This document shows, piece after piece, positions 8,274 through 18,979 of a stretch of 64,000 nucleotides of DNA; the first letter of the stretch is position 1; each line of letters begins with the position of its first letter. The stretch is from the NCBI GenBank assembly GCA_964461915.1, contig CAYWVD010000001.1, positions 407,205-471,204 of the forward strand. The letters run 5' to 3'. The position numbers and the translations under genes were made by a program. This DNA is from an uncultured Candidatus Saccharibacteria bacterium (GTDB lineage: Bacteria > Patescibacteriota > Dojkabacteria > B142 > OLB20). The notes under the pieces are model-generated. The model saw only the letters and a program-made list of their open reading frames with translations. It made no database searches and had not been told where the DNA came from.

Positions 8274-11200
8274 CTTTGGATTTATTATAATCGTTAATAA
8301 AGTCTAGAAGCTCTTTTGCTGGAGTGACTGATTTTATCAGATAACGAATATCGCTTTTATCCCCATACATTATTTTAATCCTTGTTGCTCCGGGGAATTT
8401 TTTTAACAAATCTTTGAATTTTGAAAGTATTTTTTTATCTGTTTCATCACAGATATCTATTTCCAACTCCTTTTTCTTCATATATTCCTCAGGATCAAAA
8501 ACGCTATCAACCACAAGACTCTTCATTCCATCTTTATCACTAACGAATCCTTTTACAACAATAGGAGTGTATTCTTTAATGGTATTTCTTATCTTTTCGA
8601 AACTTCTAGGGAATATAACTCCTTCGGCTCGGCCATTTTCATCTTCAAGAGAAATAAAAGCCATAGCCTTACCATCTTTTTTCGTTCTTATGGTCTTCAT
8701 TCGTGTAACAAGGACAGTTGCAGCAAAAACTGATTTATCACTATAATTTTGAAGGTCAGTTAAGCTGGATAAATGAAACCCAGTACTTAAACTTCGGTAT
8801 TTTATTAATGGATGGTTTCCCAAGAAAGTTCCCATAAGCTCCTTCTCCCAATTTAAACAATCGATCTCAGATTCCTTGATGGGTTTAGGAAGAGGCTCTT
8901 CAACAATGACTGGGGCCTTAGCCTCAATACTTGCGATTTGGAAGAGATCGGCTTGTCCTCCTTCTTTGCTCTTTTTCATTTTTACAACTCTTTCAAATAC
9001 CATTGGGACGGCTTCTAAAAGCTGATTCCTATAGCCAAATTCGCTCATTGCACCGACTTTAGCTAATACCTCTAAATCTTTTTTTGTAATATTTTCTGGA
9101 GTAACAGTTTCTATTAAATTCTGAAGACTAGTATATCCCTTAATAGGCCTAAATTTAACAATATTATCCATGGCTTTAGCCCCGCCACCTTTAATACCAG
9201 AAAGCCCAAACCTAATCGTATTGTCTCCTTCAATTACAAAATGCACTGAACTTTTATTCACGCTCGGTGGGAGTACTTCAATTTTCATTTCCCGAGCCTC
9301 TTTAAGATCTCTTTGTAATTTATCAGGAGTATGACAATCAACTTCCATAAGACTTGCCATAAATTGAAGAGGGTAATGGGCCTTTAAATATCCTGTCTGG
9401 TAGGCAATTAGAGAATAACAAGCACTATGAGATCTATTAAATCCATAATCAGCGAAAGGTTCCATGTACGAGAAAACTTTTATTGCGGTTTCTTCATCAA
9501 ATCCTCGATCTTTGGACTTTGTCATAAACTTTTCTTTTTCCTTTTCCATTACCTCTTTCTTCTTTTTACCCATAGCTCTGCGAAGCATATCTGCTTCTCC
9601 TAGTGAATATCCGGCAAAAACTACGGAAATATTTATAACTTGTTCCTGATAAATTGCAAAGCCATAAGTACTTTTTAAAACCGGCTCTAAACATTCATGA
9701 GGATAACTAACCTCTTCGAGCCCCTTTTTCCTGTTAATATAATTTGGTATGTAAGCCATTGCCCCAGGTCTATAAGCAGCATTCATAAAGATCAAGTCCT
9801 CGATTTCGGTAGGAGCCAAATCTTTTAAATATTTCTGCATTCCATCAGACTCAAACTGAAAAATACCGATAGTCCTGCCTTCACGGAAAAGTTGATAAGT
9901 TATATCGTCATCAAGTGGAATTTTATCAATATCAAGGTCATTACCAGTCGTTTCTTTAATAAGTTTTAAAGCCTTATCAATAATGGTTAGATTAGTTAAT
10001 CCCAAAAAGTCGAATTTCATTAATCCAATAGGCTCAAGGTGCATTCCTTCGTACTGTGTTATCTTTTTATTTCCGTTTCTTGAATCAATCTGAATAGGAA
10101 CATAATCTGTAATAGGGGACGGGGTTACTAAATATCCGCACGCATGAATCGAAACATGTCTAGCAACATTTTCTAGTTTTTCGACATATTTACTTAATTG
10201 AATAAGATCAGGAGAGCTTTGAATGATTTCTTCAAATTCCGGGACATCATGGCGCATTTTACTTATTGGGGCGACCTTCCCAAACTTCACAGTAACCATT
10301 TTCGATAGTTTATCTGCAATACTGAGGTCTATCCCCATAACCCTTGCGACATCCCGTATGGCAGCCTTTGTTTTAAGCCTACCGAATGTACCAATATATG
10401 AAGTATTTGACTCTCCATATTTATGGCTCATATATTCGAACAACTGATCTCTCTTATCGTCTTGGAAGTCAACGTCAAAATCAGGAGGAGATGGCCTTTC
10501 AGGATTTAAAAATCTTTCAAAAATTAAATTCCATGAAATTGGATCAAGGCTCGTAATCCCTAGAATATAAGCGACAACTGAGCCCGCTCCCGAGCCTCTA
10601 CCCGGGCCAACTAATATGTTATTTTTTCTTGCCCAATCAATATAGTCTTCAACCACAAGAAAGTAGTCATTGTATCCTTTTTGATCAATTATACTTAGTT
10701 CATAATCAACTCTCTTTTTAAGTTCTTCATTGATCTCTTTGTATCTTGTTCCTATCTTTTTATCGACATGTTCACGAAGTAATGCCTTGGTTTTAGCTTC
10801 ATTAAGTTTTGTATCGTATCTGGGCTGGATTCGTTGAAATTCTATGCCATACATCTCAACTAGTTCAGCTATTTTCCAAGTATTTTCAACTGCTTCTGGC
10901 AAATCCTTAAAAAGTTCGTACATCTCTTCACTTGATTTTACATAAAATTCTGAAGCATCAACTCGTCTTCTTTCTGGGTCAGATAATTTTCGTCCATCAC
11001 TAATACACCAAGCAATTTCTTGAATAATATAATCTTCCTTTTCAAGATAATGTGCATCGCAAGTTGCAACTAATTCGGTTTTAGTCCTTTTTGCAATATC
11101 AACCAATTTTGGTAAGACAAAATCTACTTCCGCATGAGGAAATTTAGTAAGTTCTACAAAAACATGTTCAAAATTTTTCTTTAAAAACCCGAGCCATTCT

Positions 11201-11670
11201 TCAGCTTCATCCCACTTCTCATGCAAAAGATTTTGAGCCAATTGTCCCGAAAGACAGCCTGTTAAACAAATAATCCCTTTTGAATATTTTTTTAATAATT
11301 CGGTGTCAACTCTAGGTTTGTAATAAAACCCCTCCAGGTTAGCAATTGAAACCATATTCAAAAGATTTTGATATCCTTCTTTGTTTTTAGCAAGAAGTGT
11401 TAAATGGTAACGTTTATCATCTATTCCAACCTCTTTATCTGTTCTTTTTCTTGCTGCGACATAGACTTCGCAACCAATAATTGGTTTTACACCCATCTCC
11501 TTACAAATTGACCAGAATTCGTAAGCTCCAGCCATACTTCCATGGTCTGTTAAAGCAATTGCGGGCATTTTAAATTCTTGGATCTTTGAAATCAAAGGAC
11601 GGAGCTTTTGAACCCCATCTAATAGAGAATACTCAGAATGAAGATGTAAATGTATAAAAGGATTCCCCAC
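8257..11670 (-). CDS. dnaE: DNA polymerase III alpha subunit
   Basis: N-terminal PHP domain (HLHLHSEYSLLDG), polymerase core, OB fold; 1137 aa. Confidence 0.9.
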   Translation of the reverse strand: MGNPFIHLHLHSEYSLLDGVQKLRPLISKIQEFKMPAIALTDHGSMAGAYEFWSICKEMGVKPIIGCEVYVAARKRTDKEVGIDDKRYHLTLLAKNKEGYQNLLNMVSIANLEGFYYKPRVDTELLKKYSKGIICLTGCLSGQLAQNLLHEKWDEAEEWLGFLKKNFEHVFVELTKFPHAEVDFVLPKLVDIAKRTKTELVATCDAHYLEKEDYIIQEIAWCISDGRKLSDPERRRVDASEFYVKSSEEMYELFKDLPEAVENTWKIAELVEMYGIEFQRIQPRYDTKLNEAKTKALLREHVDKKIGTRYKEINEELKKRVDYELSIIDQKGYNDYFLVVEDYIDWARKNNILVGPGRGSGAGSVVAYILGITSLDPISWNLIFERFLNPERPSPPDFDVDFQDDKRDQLFEYMSHKYGESNTSYIGTFGRLKTKAAIRDVARVMGIDLSIADKLSKMVTVKFGKVAPISKMRHDVPEFEEIIQSSPDLIQLSKYVEKLENVARHVSIHACGYLVTPSPITDYVPIQIDSRNGNKKITQYEGMHLEPIGLMKFDFLGLTNLTIIDKALKLIKETTGNDLDIDKIPLDDDITYQLFREGRTIGIFQFESDGMQKYLKDLAPTEIEDLIFMNAAYRPGAMAYIPNYINRKKGLEEVSYPHECLEPVLKSTYGFAIYQEQVINISVVFAGYSLGEADMLRRAMGKKKKEVMEKEKEKFMTKSKDRGFDEETAIKVFSYMEPFADYGFNRSHSACYSLIAYQTGYLKAHYPLQFMASLMEVDCHTPDKLQRDLKEAREMKIEVLPPSVNKSSVHFVIEGDNTIRFGLSGIKGGGAKAMDNIVKFRPIKGYTSLQNLIETVTPENITKKDLEVLAKVGAMSEFGYRNQLLEAVPMVFERVVKMKKSKEGGQADLFQIASIEAKAPVIVEEPLPKPIKESEIDCLNWEKELMGTFLGNHPLIKYRSLSTGFHLSSLTDLQNYSDKSVFAATVLVTRMKTIRTKKDGKAMAFISLEDENGRAEGVIFPRSFEKIRNTIKEYTPIVVKGFVSDKDGMKSLVVDSVFDPEEYMKKKELEIDICDETDKKILSKFKDLLKKFPGATRIKIMYGDKSDIRYLIKSVTPAKELLDFINDYNKSKANRSK

Positions 11671-11717
11671 TAATAATCAAAACTCAACTTAGTTAATAAC
11701 AAAACTAGTCACAGGGC

Positions 11718-12365
11718 CTAAATACTACTGGCCCAGTTGTACATATATTTTGAAGTTTTCTCCCACGAATGCTGGCCGTAGGCCTTAGCTAGAGAGACAA
11801 AATCCCAGCCATATTTTTTGGCATATTGGACAGAAATCTTTGGCACAAGATTATTAAATGCATCTGTAAAAGATGCGTATTTTACACCATTTAAATATCC
11901 AAAACAGTTATAGGTATTTCCATTCTTTTTGAGTGGAACTCTACAAAATCCGGATTCGACACCCATTATAGCGACTATTATTCTGAAGTCAGCACCATTG
12001 GCCTCGGCAAGGTCAATTATTTGCGCAGAATATTCTCTCGTTGCTACAGGAGATTTTTGTTTTTTAAGGAAATTGAGAAGCCTTTCGATTTTATCGTTTC
12101 GTTCTTTTTCAACCTTTTCTTGGGCTTCTAAAATGGGTTTAATCGCCAAAGCTTCTTGGACTTCGTCAAGCGTAGCTTTCGTTAACAATTCATTATGAGA
12201 GTATGAAAGCCGTAAAGAACTTTTTTGAGGAATTATATTTGCACTTTGGGCAATATTTGTTACACCAACTACAGTCACTAATCCAATAGTGACAAAGCTA
12301 ATAGCAACTTTTCGATAATTATTTTTTATCAACAACTTCAAATTTAAATTTGGTCTTAAGTTCAT
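11718..12365 (-). CDS. Peptidoglycan hydrolase, glucosaminidase (FlgJ-type) domain, N-terminal membrane anchor
   Basis: IVAIMGVESGFCRV...NNCFGY resembles the mannosyl-glycoprotein endo-beta-N-acetylglucosaminidase motif (A.ESGwG...NN.FGi); N-terminal TM helix. Confidence 0.5.
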   Translation of the reverse strand: MNLRPNLNLKLLIKNNYRKVAISFVTIGLVTVVGVTNIAQSANIIPQKSSLRLSYSHNELLTKATLDEVQEALAIKPILEAQEKVEKERNDKIERLLNFLKKQKSPVATREYSAQIIDLAEANGADFRIIVAIMGVESGFCRVPLKKNGNTYNCFGYLNGVKYASFTDAFNNLVPKISVQYAKKYGWDFVSLAKAYGQHSWEKTSKYMYNWASSI

Positions 12366-13749
12366 CGCGAATTTTATCTGCTAAATTCCAATCTTTATTG
12401 GATCTAGCAATTTCTCTTTTTGAAATTAAATCTTGGATTTCTTTAGATAATATATCATCATTTACAGAAATTTTCTTCTCATTCAAAACAGCCTGTGCTA
12501 AGCCCAATCCAAGGACTTTATCAAATTCCATAATCGTGGCATATTTATCCATAGATTTCTCGTCCGATTTTAATAAATCCCACACAAAGGAGAGTGCTTG
12601 AGGGACATTTACATCATCTTCCAGGCTTTCAATAAATTTGTCATTCCAGACCTTTATTACATTCCCAGTATTTGAATTTTCATTAGAGTTTTTCAGCTTG
12701 ATTAAATTGGCTACTAATCTTTTATATGCATTCCTTGCGGAATCTAACGCTTCAAATGAAAAATTTTGTTTTGAACGATAGTGTGAACCAATAAGTAAGT
12801 ATCGAAGGTGCATTGGGTCATATCCTTTTTCGATCAATTCATCTAGAAGTATAAAATTCCCATCTGATTTAGAAATCTTTGAATTATTCAAAGTGAGATG
12901 CTCGTTATGCAGCCAATAATTGACGAATTTTACTCCATTTGCAGATTCACTTTGTGCGATTTCATTTGTATGGTGTACTGGTATATGTTCAACTCCACCA
13001 AAATGTATATCTATTGATTTACCTAATTCTTTTCTAACCATAGCAGAACATTCAATATGCCATCCAGGGAAGCCCAATCCATTATTTACTAAGTCTGATT
13101 TAAATGGCGAAGGCCAAAATTGTAATGCATTTTTATGATCTCCGACCTTAAAAAACCAAAGAGCAAAATCAAAGGGATGCTTTTTATTTTCATCGTTAAC
13201 TTTGCCAAACCCAGCACCTGAAATATTTTCATCAAGATTTTGGCCCGATAAAGCAGTGTAATTTGGAAATTTAGTAACATCAAAATAAACTGCCTTAGAA
13301 GTAGTATATGCAAAGCCTTTTTCGAGCAAGATTACAATAATCTTTATCATCTCTTCAAGATAATCCGTAGCCCTTGCTTTAACTGTTGGATCAAGAATAT
13401 TTAGATTTTTAGTGTCTTTTTCAAATTGCTTGATGTATTTATCGGCAATAGTTATCGGATCAAGATTCTCCCTTTTTGAAGCCTTTTCCATTTTATCTTC
13501 ACCCTCATCGGCGTCAGAGGTTAAATGTCCAAAATCCGTATAGTTCCTAACATATCTGACATTATATCCAAGATATATTAAAGTCCTTCTAACTAAATCG
13601 CCCATTAACATGCCTCGCATATTGCCAATATGTTGGTTCCAATATACAGTAGGGCCGCAATGATACATTTTTATTATATGAGGATCGAGAGGAATAAATT
13701 CCTCTTTCTTCTTTGTAAGACTGTTAATGAGTTTCAACATAAAATTCAC
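12319..13749 (-). CDS. cysS: Cysteine--tRNA ligase
   Basis: HIGH motif (CGPTVYWNQHIGNMR), KMSKS as KISKSDGN, zinc-binding Cys; 476 aa. Confidence 0.9.
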   Translation of the reverse strand: MNFMLKLINSLTKKKEEFIPLDPHIIKMYHCGPTVYWNQHIGNMRGMLMGDLVRRTLIYLGYNVRYVRNYTDFGHLTSDADEGEDKMEKASKRENLDPITIADKYIKQFEKDTKNLNILDPTVKARATDYLEEMIKIIVILLEKGFAYTTSKAVYFDVTKFPNYTALSGQNLDENISGAGFGKVNDENKKHPFDFALWFFKVGDHKNALQFWPSPFKSDLVNNGLGFPGWHIECSAMVRKELGKSIDIHFGGVEHIPVHHTNEIAQSESANGVKFVNYWLHNEHLTLNNSKISKSDGNFILLDELIEKGYDPMHLRYLLIGSHYRSKQNFSFEALDSARNAYKRLVANLIKLKNSNENSNTGNVIKVWNDKFIESLEDDVNVPQALSFVWDLLKSDEKSMDKYATIMEFDKVLGLGLAQAVLNEKKISVNDDILSKEIQDLISKREIARSNKDWNLADKIRDELKTKFKFEVVDKK

Positions 13750-13849
13750 AATAATGACTTTTTAAATAATAACATTTTTTTGCTTTTTATTGTTTTTTTA
13801 TTTAAGATACCCTTAAGAAAAAGTTATTTACTTTTTATTTTTTTGCTCT

Positions 13850-14737
13850 ATGAAAGTCAAGAAAGCCGTTATTACTGCCGCCGGATTTGGGTCGAGATTT
13901 TTACCATTCGTAAAAAACATTCCAAAGGAAATGCTTCCGATCATTAACAAACCTTCAATCCAATATCTAGTTGAAGAATGTAGAGTAGCTGGGATTGAAG
14001 AAGTTATTATTGTCACAAGAGACGAACATAGCCTTATTCAGGACTATTTCACGAAACCCGCACCAGATGTAAAAGCATTATTAGATATGCAGGGCAAATC
14101 TGAACGATTCACAGAAGTTGAAACTGTTTTAACCATGGAAAATATTAAATTTATTCAACAAGATGCCAGCCTTCCTTATGGAAACGGCTCGCCAGTTTTA
14201 TCGGCAAAAGATTATTTAACGCCGGGCGAGCCTTTTGCTTTGCTATTTGGAGATGATATGGTATTAAGCGAAAATTCAAATGCCTTAAAACAATTGGTCG
14301 ACTTTTTCGAAGTTACTGATTGCGATGCAGTTTTGGCCGTTCAAAAAACTCCAACTCACGAACTGAATCGATATGGAGTTGTTAAACCCTCTGAGTATCA
14401 TGAAGAAGAAAAATGGGGTGTATTTGAATACCTTGTAGAAAAACCAAAAGTCGAAGAAGCTCCTTCTGATTTAGTATCCTATGGTCGAATGATATTGCCA
14501 TATAAAGTTTTTGAATATCTTATCCCGACAGCAACTGGAAAAGATCAAGAATTATGGCTTCAAGATGCTAATGATAAACTTTCGAGAACAACCAGATTCT
14601 TGTTCAGGATAATCGATGGGGAATGGATGACAACCGGCGATCCTATCAGATATCTAAAAGCTCAGATAAAATACTATTTAACAAATCCAAAATTCAGCGA
14701 GGATACAAAAGCATTAATTCGGGAAACTTTAGTTTAA
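13850..14737 (+). CDS. galU: UTP--glucose-1-phosphate uridylyltransferase-type sugar nucleotidyltransferase (GalU family)
   Basis: MKVKKAVITAAGFGSRFLPFVKNIPKEMLPIINKPSIQYLVEE matches the GalU N-terminal signature. Confidence 0.75.
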   Translation: MKVKKAVITAAGFGSRFLPFVKNIPKEMLPIINKPSIQYLVEECRVAGIEEVIIVTRDEHSLIQDYFTKPAPDVKALLDMQGKSERFTEVETVLTMENIKFIQQDASLPYGNGSPVLSAKDYLTPGEPFALLFGDDMVLSENSNALKQLVDFFEVTDCDAVLAVQKTPTHELNRYGVVKPSEYHEEEKWGVFEYLVEKPKVEEAPSDLVSYGRMILPYKVFEYLIPTATGKDQELWLQDANDKLSRTTRFLFRIIDGEWMTTGDPIRYLKAQIKYYLTNPKFSEDTKALIRETLV

Positions 14738-15892
14738 TCTAAACACGTTTTCTATAATTAATTTTGATGCATTTGGATTAACCAATGCCACACCTTGTTG
14801 AATAGCTAAATTAATATCCCGATTTTGGAAATCTTTCTTTGAAATAAACTTTTCTAAAGCCAGGGCAATTGCATTATAAAGCTCCTCGGGTGGCATATCG
14901 TCATATTGTTTAAGGATATATCCAAGCCCCGTCTTTTCAACAATTTCAGCATTCTTTTGTTGTTCCATTTGTGAACTCCAAGGTATCGGAATAAGCACTG
15001 CCAACTTACCTAAAGCTAATATCTCAGTAACCGTATTGGCTCCCGACCTAGAAACGATAATATTTGCCATTCTCATATAATCATCGAAATTTTCGAAATC
15101 ATCGGCAAAAAATTTATAGGAACCTTTTAAATCTTCGGATAAATTATTAAAAATACTCTGTGCATTTTCAAAATCTTTTGTAATAGACGAATTCCCAACC
15201 TGATGAATGATGTTAACATTTGACAAAATTGAAGGCAGAAAAGCAAAAAGCCTTTTATTAATTGTATTTGCGCCTTGATTTCCGCCTGTAACCAAAATTA
15301 TTGGCTTTGAATTATTAAAAATATTGTTAATAACTTTTTGATTGTCAAAAAAGCCCCTCCTGAGTAGATTCCCTACTAAAAGCACCTTGTCTTTTTCAAA
15401 AAGGTTAATAGTTTCGGGCCATGAAAGAAAAACCCTATTTGCAAACTTCCCTGCATATCTATTCGCTGTGCCAATGACTGAAGTCTGCTCATGAATAATA
15501 GAATAAATTCCAAGTATCCTTGCCCACAGAATTAAAGGCAGTTGAAGATATCCACCAAAACCGATAACTAATTTGGGTCGCAACTTTAATAACAAGAAAA
15601 ATGCTTTTACAAATCCCCATGGTATTAATAACAATTGCAAGACGCCAAGATGAAAAGTTTTAATTGTCCATTTCCTCCAAAGTTTACCCGTTTTAAATTC
15701 ATAAAAGGGGATTTTTAATTTTTCGACTTCAATATATTCTGCACTTAAATTTGTTGAATTAGTCTGCGAATGTTTTGTACCTACCCAAAAGAGATTGTTG
15801 ATTTGATAGGCCTTAAATTCTTGAACTAATGCCAATGCTGGAGTCAGATGGCCCCCGATAAACATCACCTTTGCATTTTTATCAATATTCAT
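14729..15892 (-). CDS. murG: Undecaprenyldiphospho-muramoylpentapeptide beta-N-acetylglucosaminyltransferase (GT28)
   Basis: GT28 N- and C-terminal domains (FIGGHLTPALAL...; LVTGGNQGANTIN), directly downstream of ftsW. Confidence 0.75.
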   Translation of the reverse strand: MNIDKNAKVMFIGGHLTPALALVQEFKAYQINNLFWVGTKHSQTNSTNLSAEYIEVEKLKIPFYEFKTGKLWRKWTIKTFHLGVLQLLLIPWGFVKAFFLLLKLRPKLVIGFGGYLQLPLILWARILGIYSIIHEQTSVIGTANRYAGKFANRVFLSWPETINLFEKDKVLLVGNLLRRGFFDNQKVINNIFNNSKPIILVTGGNQGANTINKRLFAFLPSILSNVNIIHQVGNSSITKDFENAQSIFNNLSEDLKGSYKFFADDFENFDDYMRMANIIVSRSGANTVTEILALGKLAVLIPIPWSSQMEQQKNAEIVEKTGLGYILKQYDDMPPEELYNAIALALEKFISKKDFQNRDINLAIQQGVALVNPNASKLIIENVFRLN

Positions 15893-15915
15893 GGTTTTTA
15901 ATATATTTCAAATAT

Positions 15916-17214
15916 TTAACGATTTTTATAGCTTTTTCGCACACCAAATAACATTGGCTTTCTTTTACCTAAAGATTTAGCTTCTTCTCTAGGTTTTAAC
16001 CCTTTTGAAATATTTAATAATATTCCAATTGCTGCGAGATTAATAACAGTTGAACTTCCTCCATAACTCATAAATGGTAGGGTATTCCCGTTTATTGGGA
16101 TAAGGGCAACATTCGCGCCAATATGCAAAACTGCCTGCAAAGTTATCCAAGTGGTAATTGCAATTGCAATTAAAAATCCTAGTTTATCGGGGGCCTTCAT
16201 TGCAATCTTATAACCTAATAAAAAAATATAAATAAATACCCCGACTAAAACAATGCAGCCAATGAGACCAAATTCTTCTGCAAAAATTGCAAAAATAGTA
16301 TCGCTAAAGGCCGTTTCACCTAAATAGTGATACTTTTGACGAGATTCTCCAAAACCCACGCCAAACAGTCCACCCGAAGCAACCGCAATTAATATTTGTC
16401 TAAATTGGAATCCGGTATTGAAAGGATCGCTGATGTTTCCGGTTTTCCAAAAATCAAAGAATGTTTTAAATCTTGTCATCCTATAATCCGCGCTTAAAGT
16501 CATGATCCCCACAAGTAATGCGGAGAAGAGCCCCGTAGAAATCGATCCGATGGTATGCAAAACATCGCTACCCGAAATGAAATACAAAATAAAACAGGTG
16601 ACACCTAACATAATGGTTGTATCCATATCAGGCTCTATGATTATCAATCCGCAAACCACACCCAAAATACCTAAAAAGGGTAAAATATCAGATTTTATAT
16701 GTTTGATAATGGCTTTTTGTGTGATGTTTTTGACTTCTTTCTTTTTAGCTAAAAAGCTCGACAGATAAACTAATAGAGTAATTTTAGCTATTTCGGATGG
16801 CTGAAGATTGAAATATGTTAAATCTATCCATCTTTTGATGTCATTATCTCGATTAACGATAAGCACAACAACCAATAGAATTATAGAAATTATCAATCCT
16901 GGTAGTGATAATTTAGCCCAATAATGATAATCCACTTTGTATGCAATAAATAAAAATACTAGTCCAGCACCGATCCAAGCTAATTGATTTAAAAAATAAT
17001 GTTCAGGTGCAAAGTTCTGTTTAACGGCCACAACTATACTGCCGCTATATATCATCAAAGCTCCGAAAATTGAAAGAGCTAAAATTACAAAAAACAGCTG
17101 ATAATTTAAACCGCTTTTATGCCCATCAGGACTTCGTTTAAATTCTTCTCTCGAAAGTCCGGGATTTTTCTTTTTTAAGAAATCTGGTTTTTTGAAGTAT
17201 TTAAAAAGATTCAA
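15916..17214 (-). CDS. ftsW: SEDS-family peptidoglycan glycosyltransferase FtsW
   Basis: About 10 TM helices; SEDS motifs (QPSEIAKI; PFMSYGGSS); synteny with murG. Confidence 0.8.
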   Translation of the reverse strand: MNLFKYFKKPDFLKKKNPGLSREEFKRSPDGHKSGLNYQLFFVILALSIFGALMIYSGSIVVAVKQNFAPEHYFLNQLAWIGAGLVFLFIAYKVDYHYWAKLSLPGLIISIILLVVVLIVNRDNDIKRWIDLTYFNLQPSEIAKITLLVYLSSFLAKKKEVKNITQKAIIKHIKSDILPFLGILGVVCGLIIIEPDMDTTIMLGVTCFILYFISGSDVLHTIGSISTGLFSALLVGIMTLSADYRMTRFKTFFDFWKTGNISDPFNTGFQFRQILIAVASGGLFGVGFGESRQKYHYLGETAFSDTIFAIFAEEFGLIGCIVLVGVFIYIFLLGYKIAMKAPDKLGFLIAIAITTWITLQAVLHIGANVALIPINGNTLPFMSYGGSSTVINLAAIGILLNISKGLKPREEAKSLGKRKPMLFGVRKSYKNR

Positions 17215-17276
17215 CTAAGGCAAAATAGTTTAATTAATGTGCTATTATTTATAACATATTTTATAAAACTAATTAA

Positions 17277-17522
17277 TTGGTGAAAAAGGATTCTGAAATA
17301 ATTAAAATCGATAAAGACATGCTGATTGTAGAAATTCAAGAAAGATATCCTCTTGCTGTAGATTTCCTTGTTAGTGAATATGATTTTCATTGCATAGGGT
17401 GCATCATGGCTGGATTCGAAACACTTGAACAAGGAGCAGAAGCTCATGGCATTGTTGGGAAAGATTTCGAACTGATGGTAAGTAGGCTAGAAGACTATTT
17501 GAATGGATCTACTCCTCAGTAG
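17277..17522 (+). CDS. DUF1858-like small redox-disulfide domain protein (hypothetical)
   Basis: 81 aa with CIGCIMAGFETLEQGAEAHG motif typical of DUF1858 / hybrid-cluster-protein-associated domain. Confidence 0.4.
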   Translation: MVKKDSEIIKIDKDMLIVEIQERYPLAVDFLVSEYDFHCIGCIMAGFETLEQGAEAHGIVGKDFELMVSRLEDYLNGSTPQ

Positions 17523-17718
17523 GTAAATATTTAGCTTCAATTTCTTTAATTTTCAATTCAAAGGATTTCATTTCGTCTTGCAATGACTTTACCAGAGCGA
17601 GGGCTTCTTCATACTTTTTTAGCCCTTCATCCAAATCAAAATCCTCTGTTTTTTCAAAAAAGGCGACCAATTCATCAAGCTTTTGTACTTTTGATTTTAA
17701 CAATTCTTTCTTTTCCAT
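17509..17718 (-). CDS. xseB: Exodeoxyribonuclease VII small subunit
   Basis: 69 aa helical protein immediately upstream-coupled to xseA; XseB-like sequence (LEEL..LV...E..DL..SL..YE.G..L). Confidence 0.75.
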   Translation of the reverse strand: MEKKELLKSKVQKLDELVAFFEKTEDFDLDEGLKKYEEALALVKSLQDEMKSFELKIKEIEAKYLPTEE

Positions 17719-17743
17719 TTGTATAAATTTAAAAAATATTTAA

Positions 17744-18925
17744 TTATTTAATTATTTTCAAGACCTTGGTATCTATACTCCCTGAAGCCAATTCAATATT
17801 TATTTCATCGGCTACTTTAAGGTCAGTTGAATTTTTTATGATTTTTCCATTTTTTAATACTATCGAATATCCTCTTTTTAAAATGGCTTTTGGATTTATT
17901 GAATCTAAAATCCTTAAACCATTTTGAATATCTTTAAAGATATTCATTAAAGACATTTTGAAAGTTTTAGTATTAAAGATCAATTTGGCAATTTTAGCTT
18001 TATTAATTTCGACCTTAAGGATTAATTTTTGTTTAATTGTTTGTTTTTTTGATTCAAATGAATTATTTATCAAATCCAAACGCCTCTCAAGGTTTTGTAA
18101 AATAAATTCTGTTTTAATAATTTGAGAATCAATAAATCTTTGATTGTTCATCGCTATATAATAAGCCGCCTGCGATGGAGTAGAAGCCCTAATATCGGCA
18201 ACGAAATCGGCAATACTCTCATCTTTTTCATGCCCAACACCAACAATGATCGGCGTCTTGCTTGCAAAGATTGTCCTAGCAACTCTTTCCGAATTGAATG
18301 TTATCAAATCTTCTAAACTGCCACCACCCCTAACAAGTGCGATGGCATCAAAGCCTTCTTTGTCGGCCATTTTTAAAGCTTTGATAATTTCATCCTCAGC
18401 ATATTTACCCTGTACTTGGACCGGGTAAAAAGCCACCTCAACACCAACCTGATTTTCTTTAAGAATTTTTAAGAAATCACTTTCTGCAGCGCTATCTTTT
18501 CCACTCAAAAGAGCTATTCTTGTTATAAATTCAGGCAAAGGCCTTTTCCTGCTTTCTGCGAATAACCCTTCAAGTGCCAATGCCTGTTTAAGTTTTTCGT
18601 ATGCTTCTTTTAAAGCTCCCGCCCCTAAGGGCAATATTCTATAAATTTGGAGACTAAACTTACCACCTTGTGACCATAAATTTGGGATTCCATAAGCAGC
18701 AACTTTCATACCTTCAGCAACCATTTTTATGCCTTCCACCCTTGGTGCATACCCCGAAACATTTAAAAGCGCTGGTTTTAGCGGGTCTTTTATAACAATA
18801 TTTACACCGCCTTTTGAACTTATACTAAGTTGTGTAATCTCTCCTTCGACAATGACATCGCCAATTGCTCCGAGGGTTGAATTTATTAACTCATTAAAAT
18901 TATAGACTGAAAATCTTGGTTCCAT
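17744..18925 (-). CDS. xseA: Exodeoxyribonuclease VII large subunit
   Basis: N-terminal OB fold (VIVEGEITQLSISSKGGVNIVIKD), catalytic core, coiled C-terminus; 393 aa. Confidence 0.85.
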   Translation of the reverse strand: MEPRFSVYNFNELINSTLGAIGDVIVEGEITQLSISSKGGVNIVIKDPLKPALLNVSGYAPRVEGIKMVAEGMKVAAYGIPNLWSQGGKFSLQIYRILPLGAGALKEAYEKLKQALALEGLFAESRKRPLPEFITRIALLSGKDSAAESDFLKILKENQVGVEVAFYPVQVQGKYAEDEIIKALKMADKEGFDAIALVRGGGSLEDLITFNSERVARTIFASKTPIIVGVGHEKDESIADFVADIRASTPSQAAYYIAMNNQRFIDSQIIKTEFILQNLERRLDLINNSFESKKQTIKQKLILKVEINKAKIAKLIFNTKTFKMSLMNIFKDIQNGLRILDSINPKAILKRGYSIVLKNGKIIKNSTDLKVADEINIELASGSIDTKVLKIIK

Positions 18926-18979
18926 TTTTCTGTTACAATGGACTTATTATAACAAATAAAATTCTGATAGAATAAAAAT

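Noticed and set aside
13750-13849. Possible T-box leader upstream of cysS
   Set aside because: Only ~100 nt, no specifier/T-box consensus (AATTAGGGTGGNACCGCG) visible.
17211-17447. 78-aa minus-strand ORF overlapping the DUF1858 gene start, and small ORFs 18122-18428, 19076-19300, 20828-21040, 22865-23104, 23355-23627, 24495-24680
   Set aside because: Embedded in, or antisense to, confidently assigned genes. No motifs.
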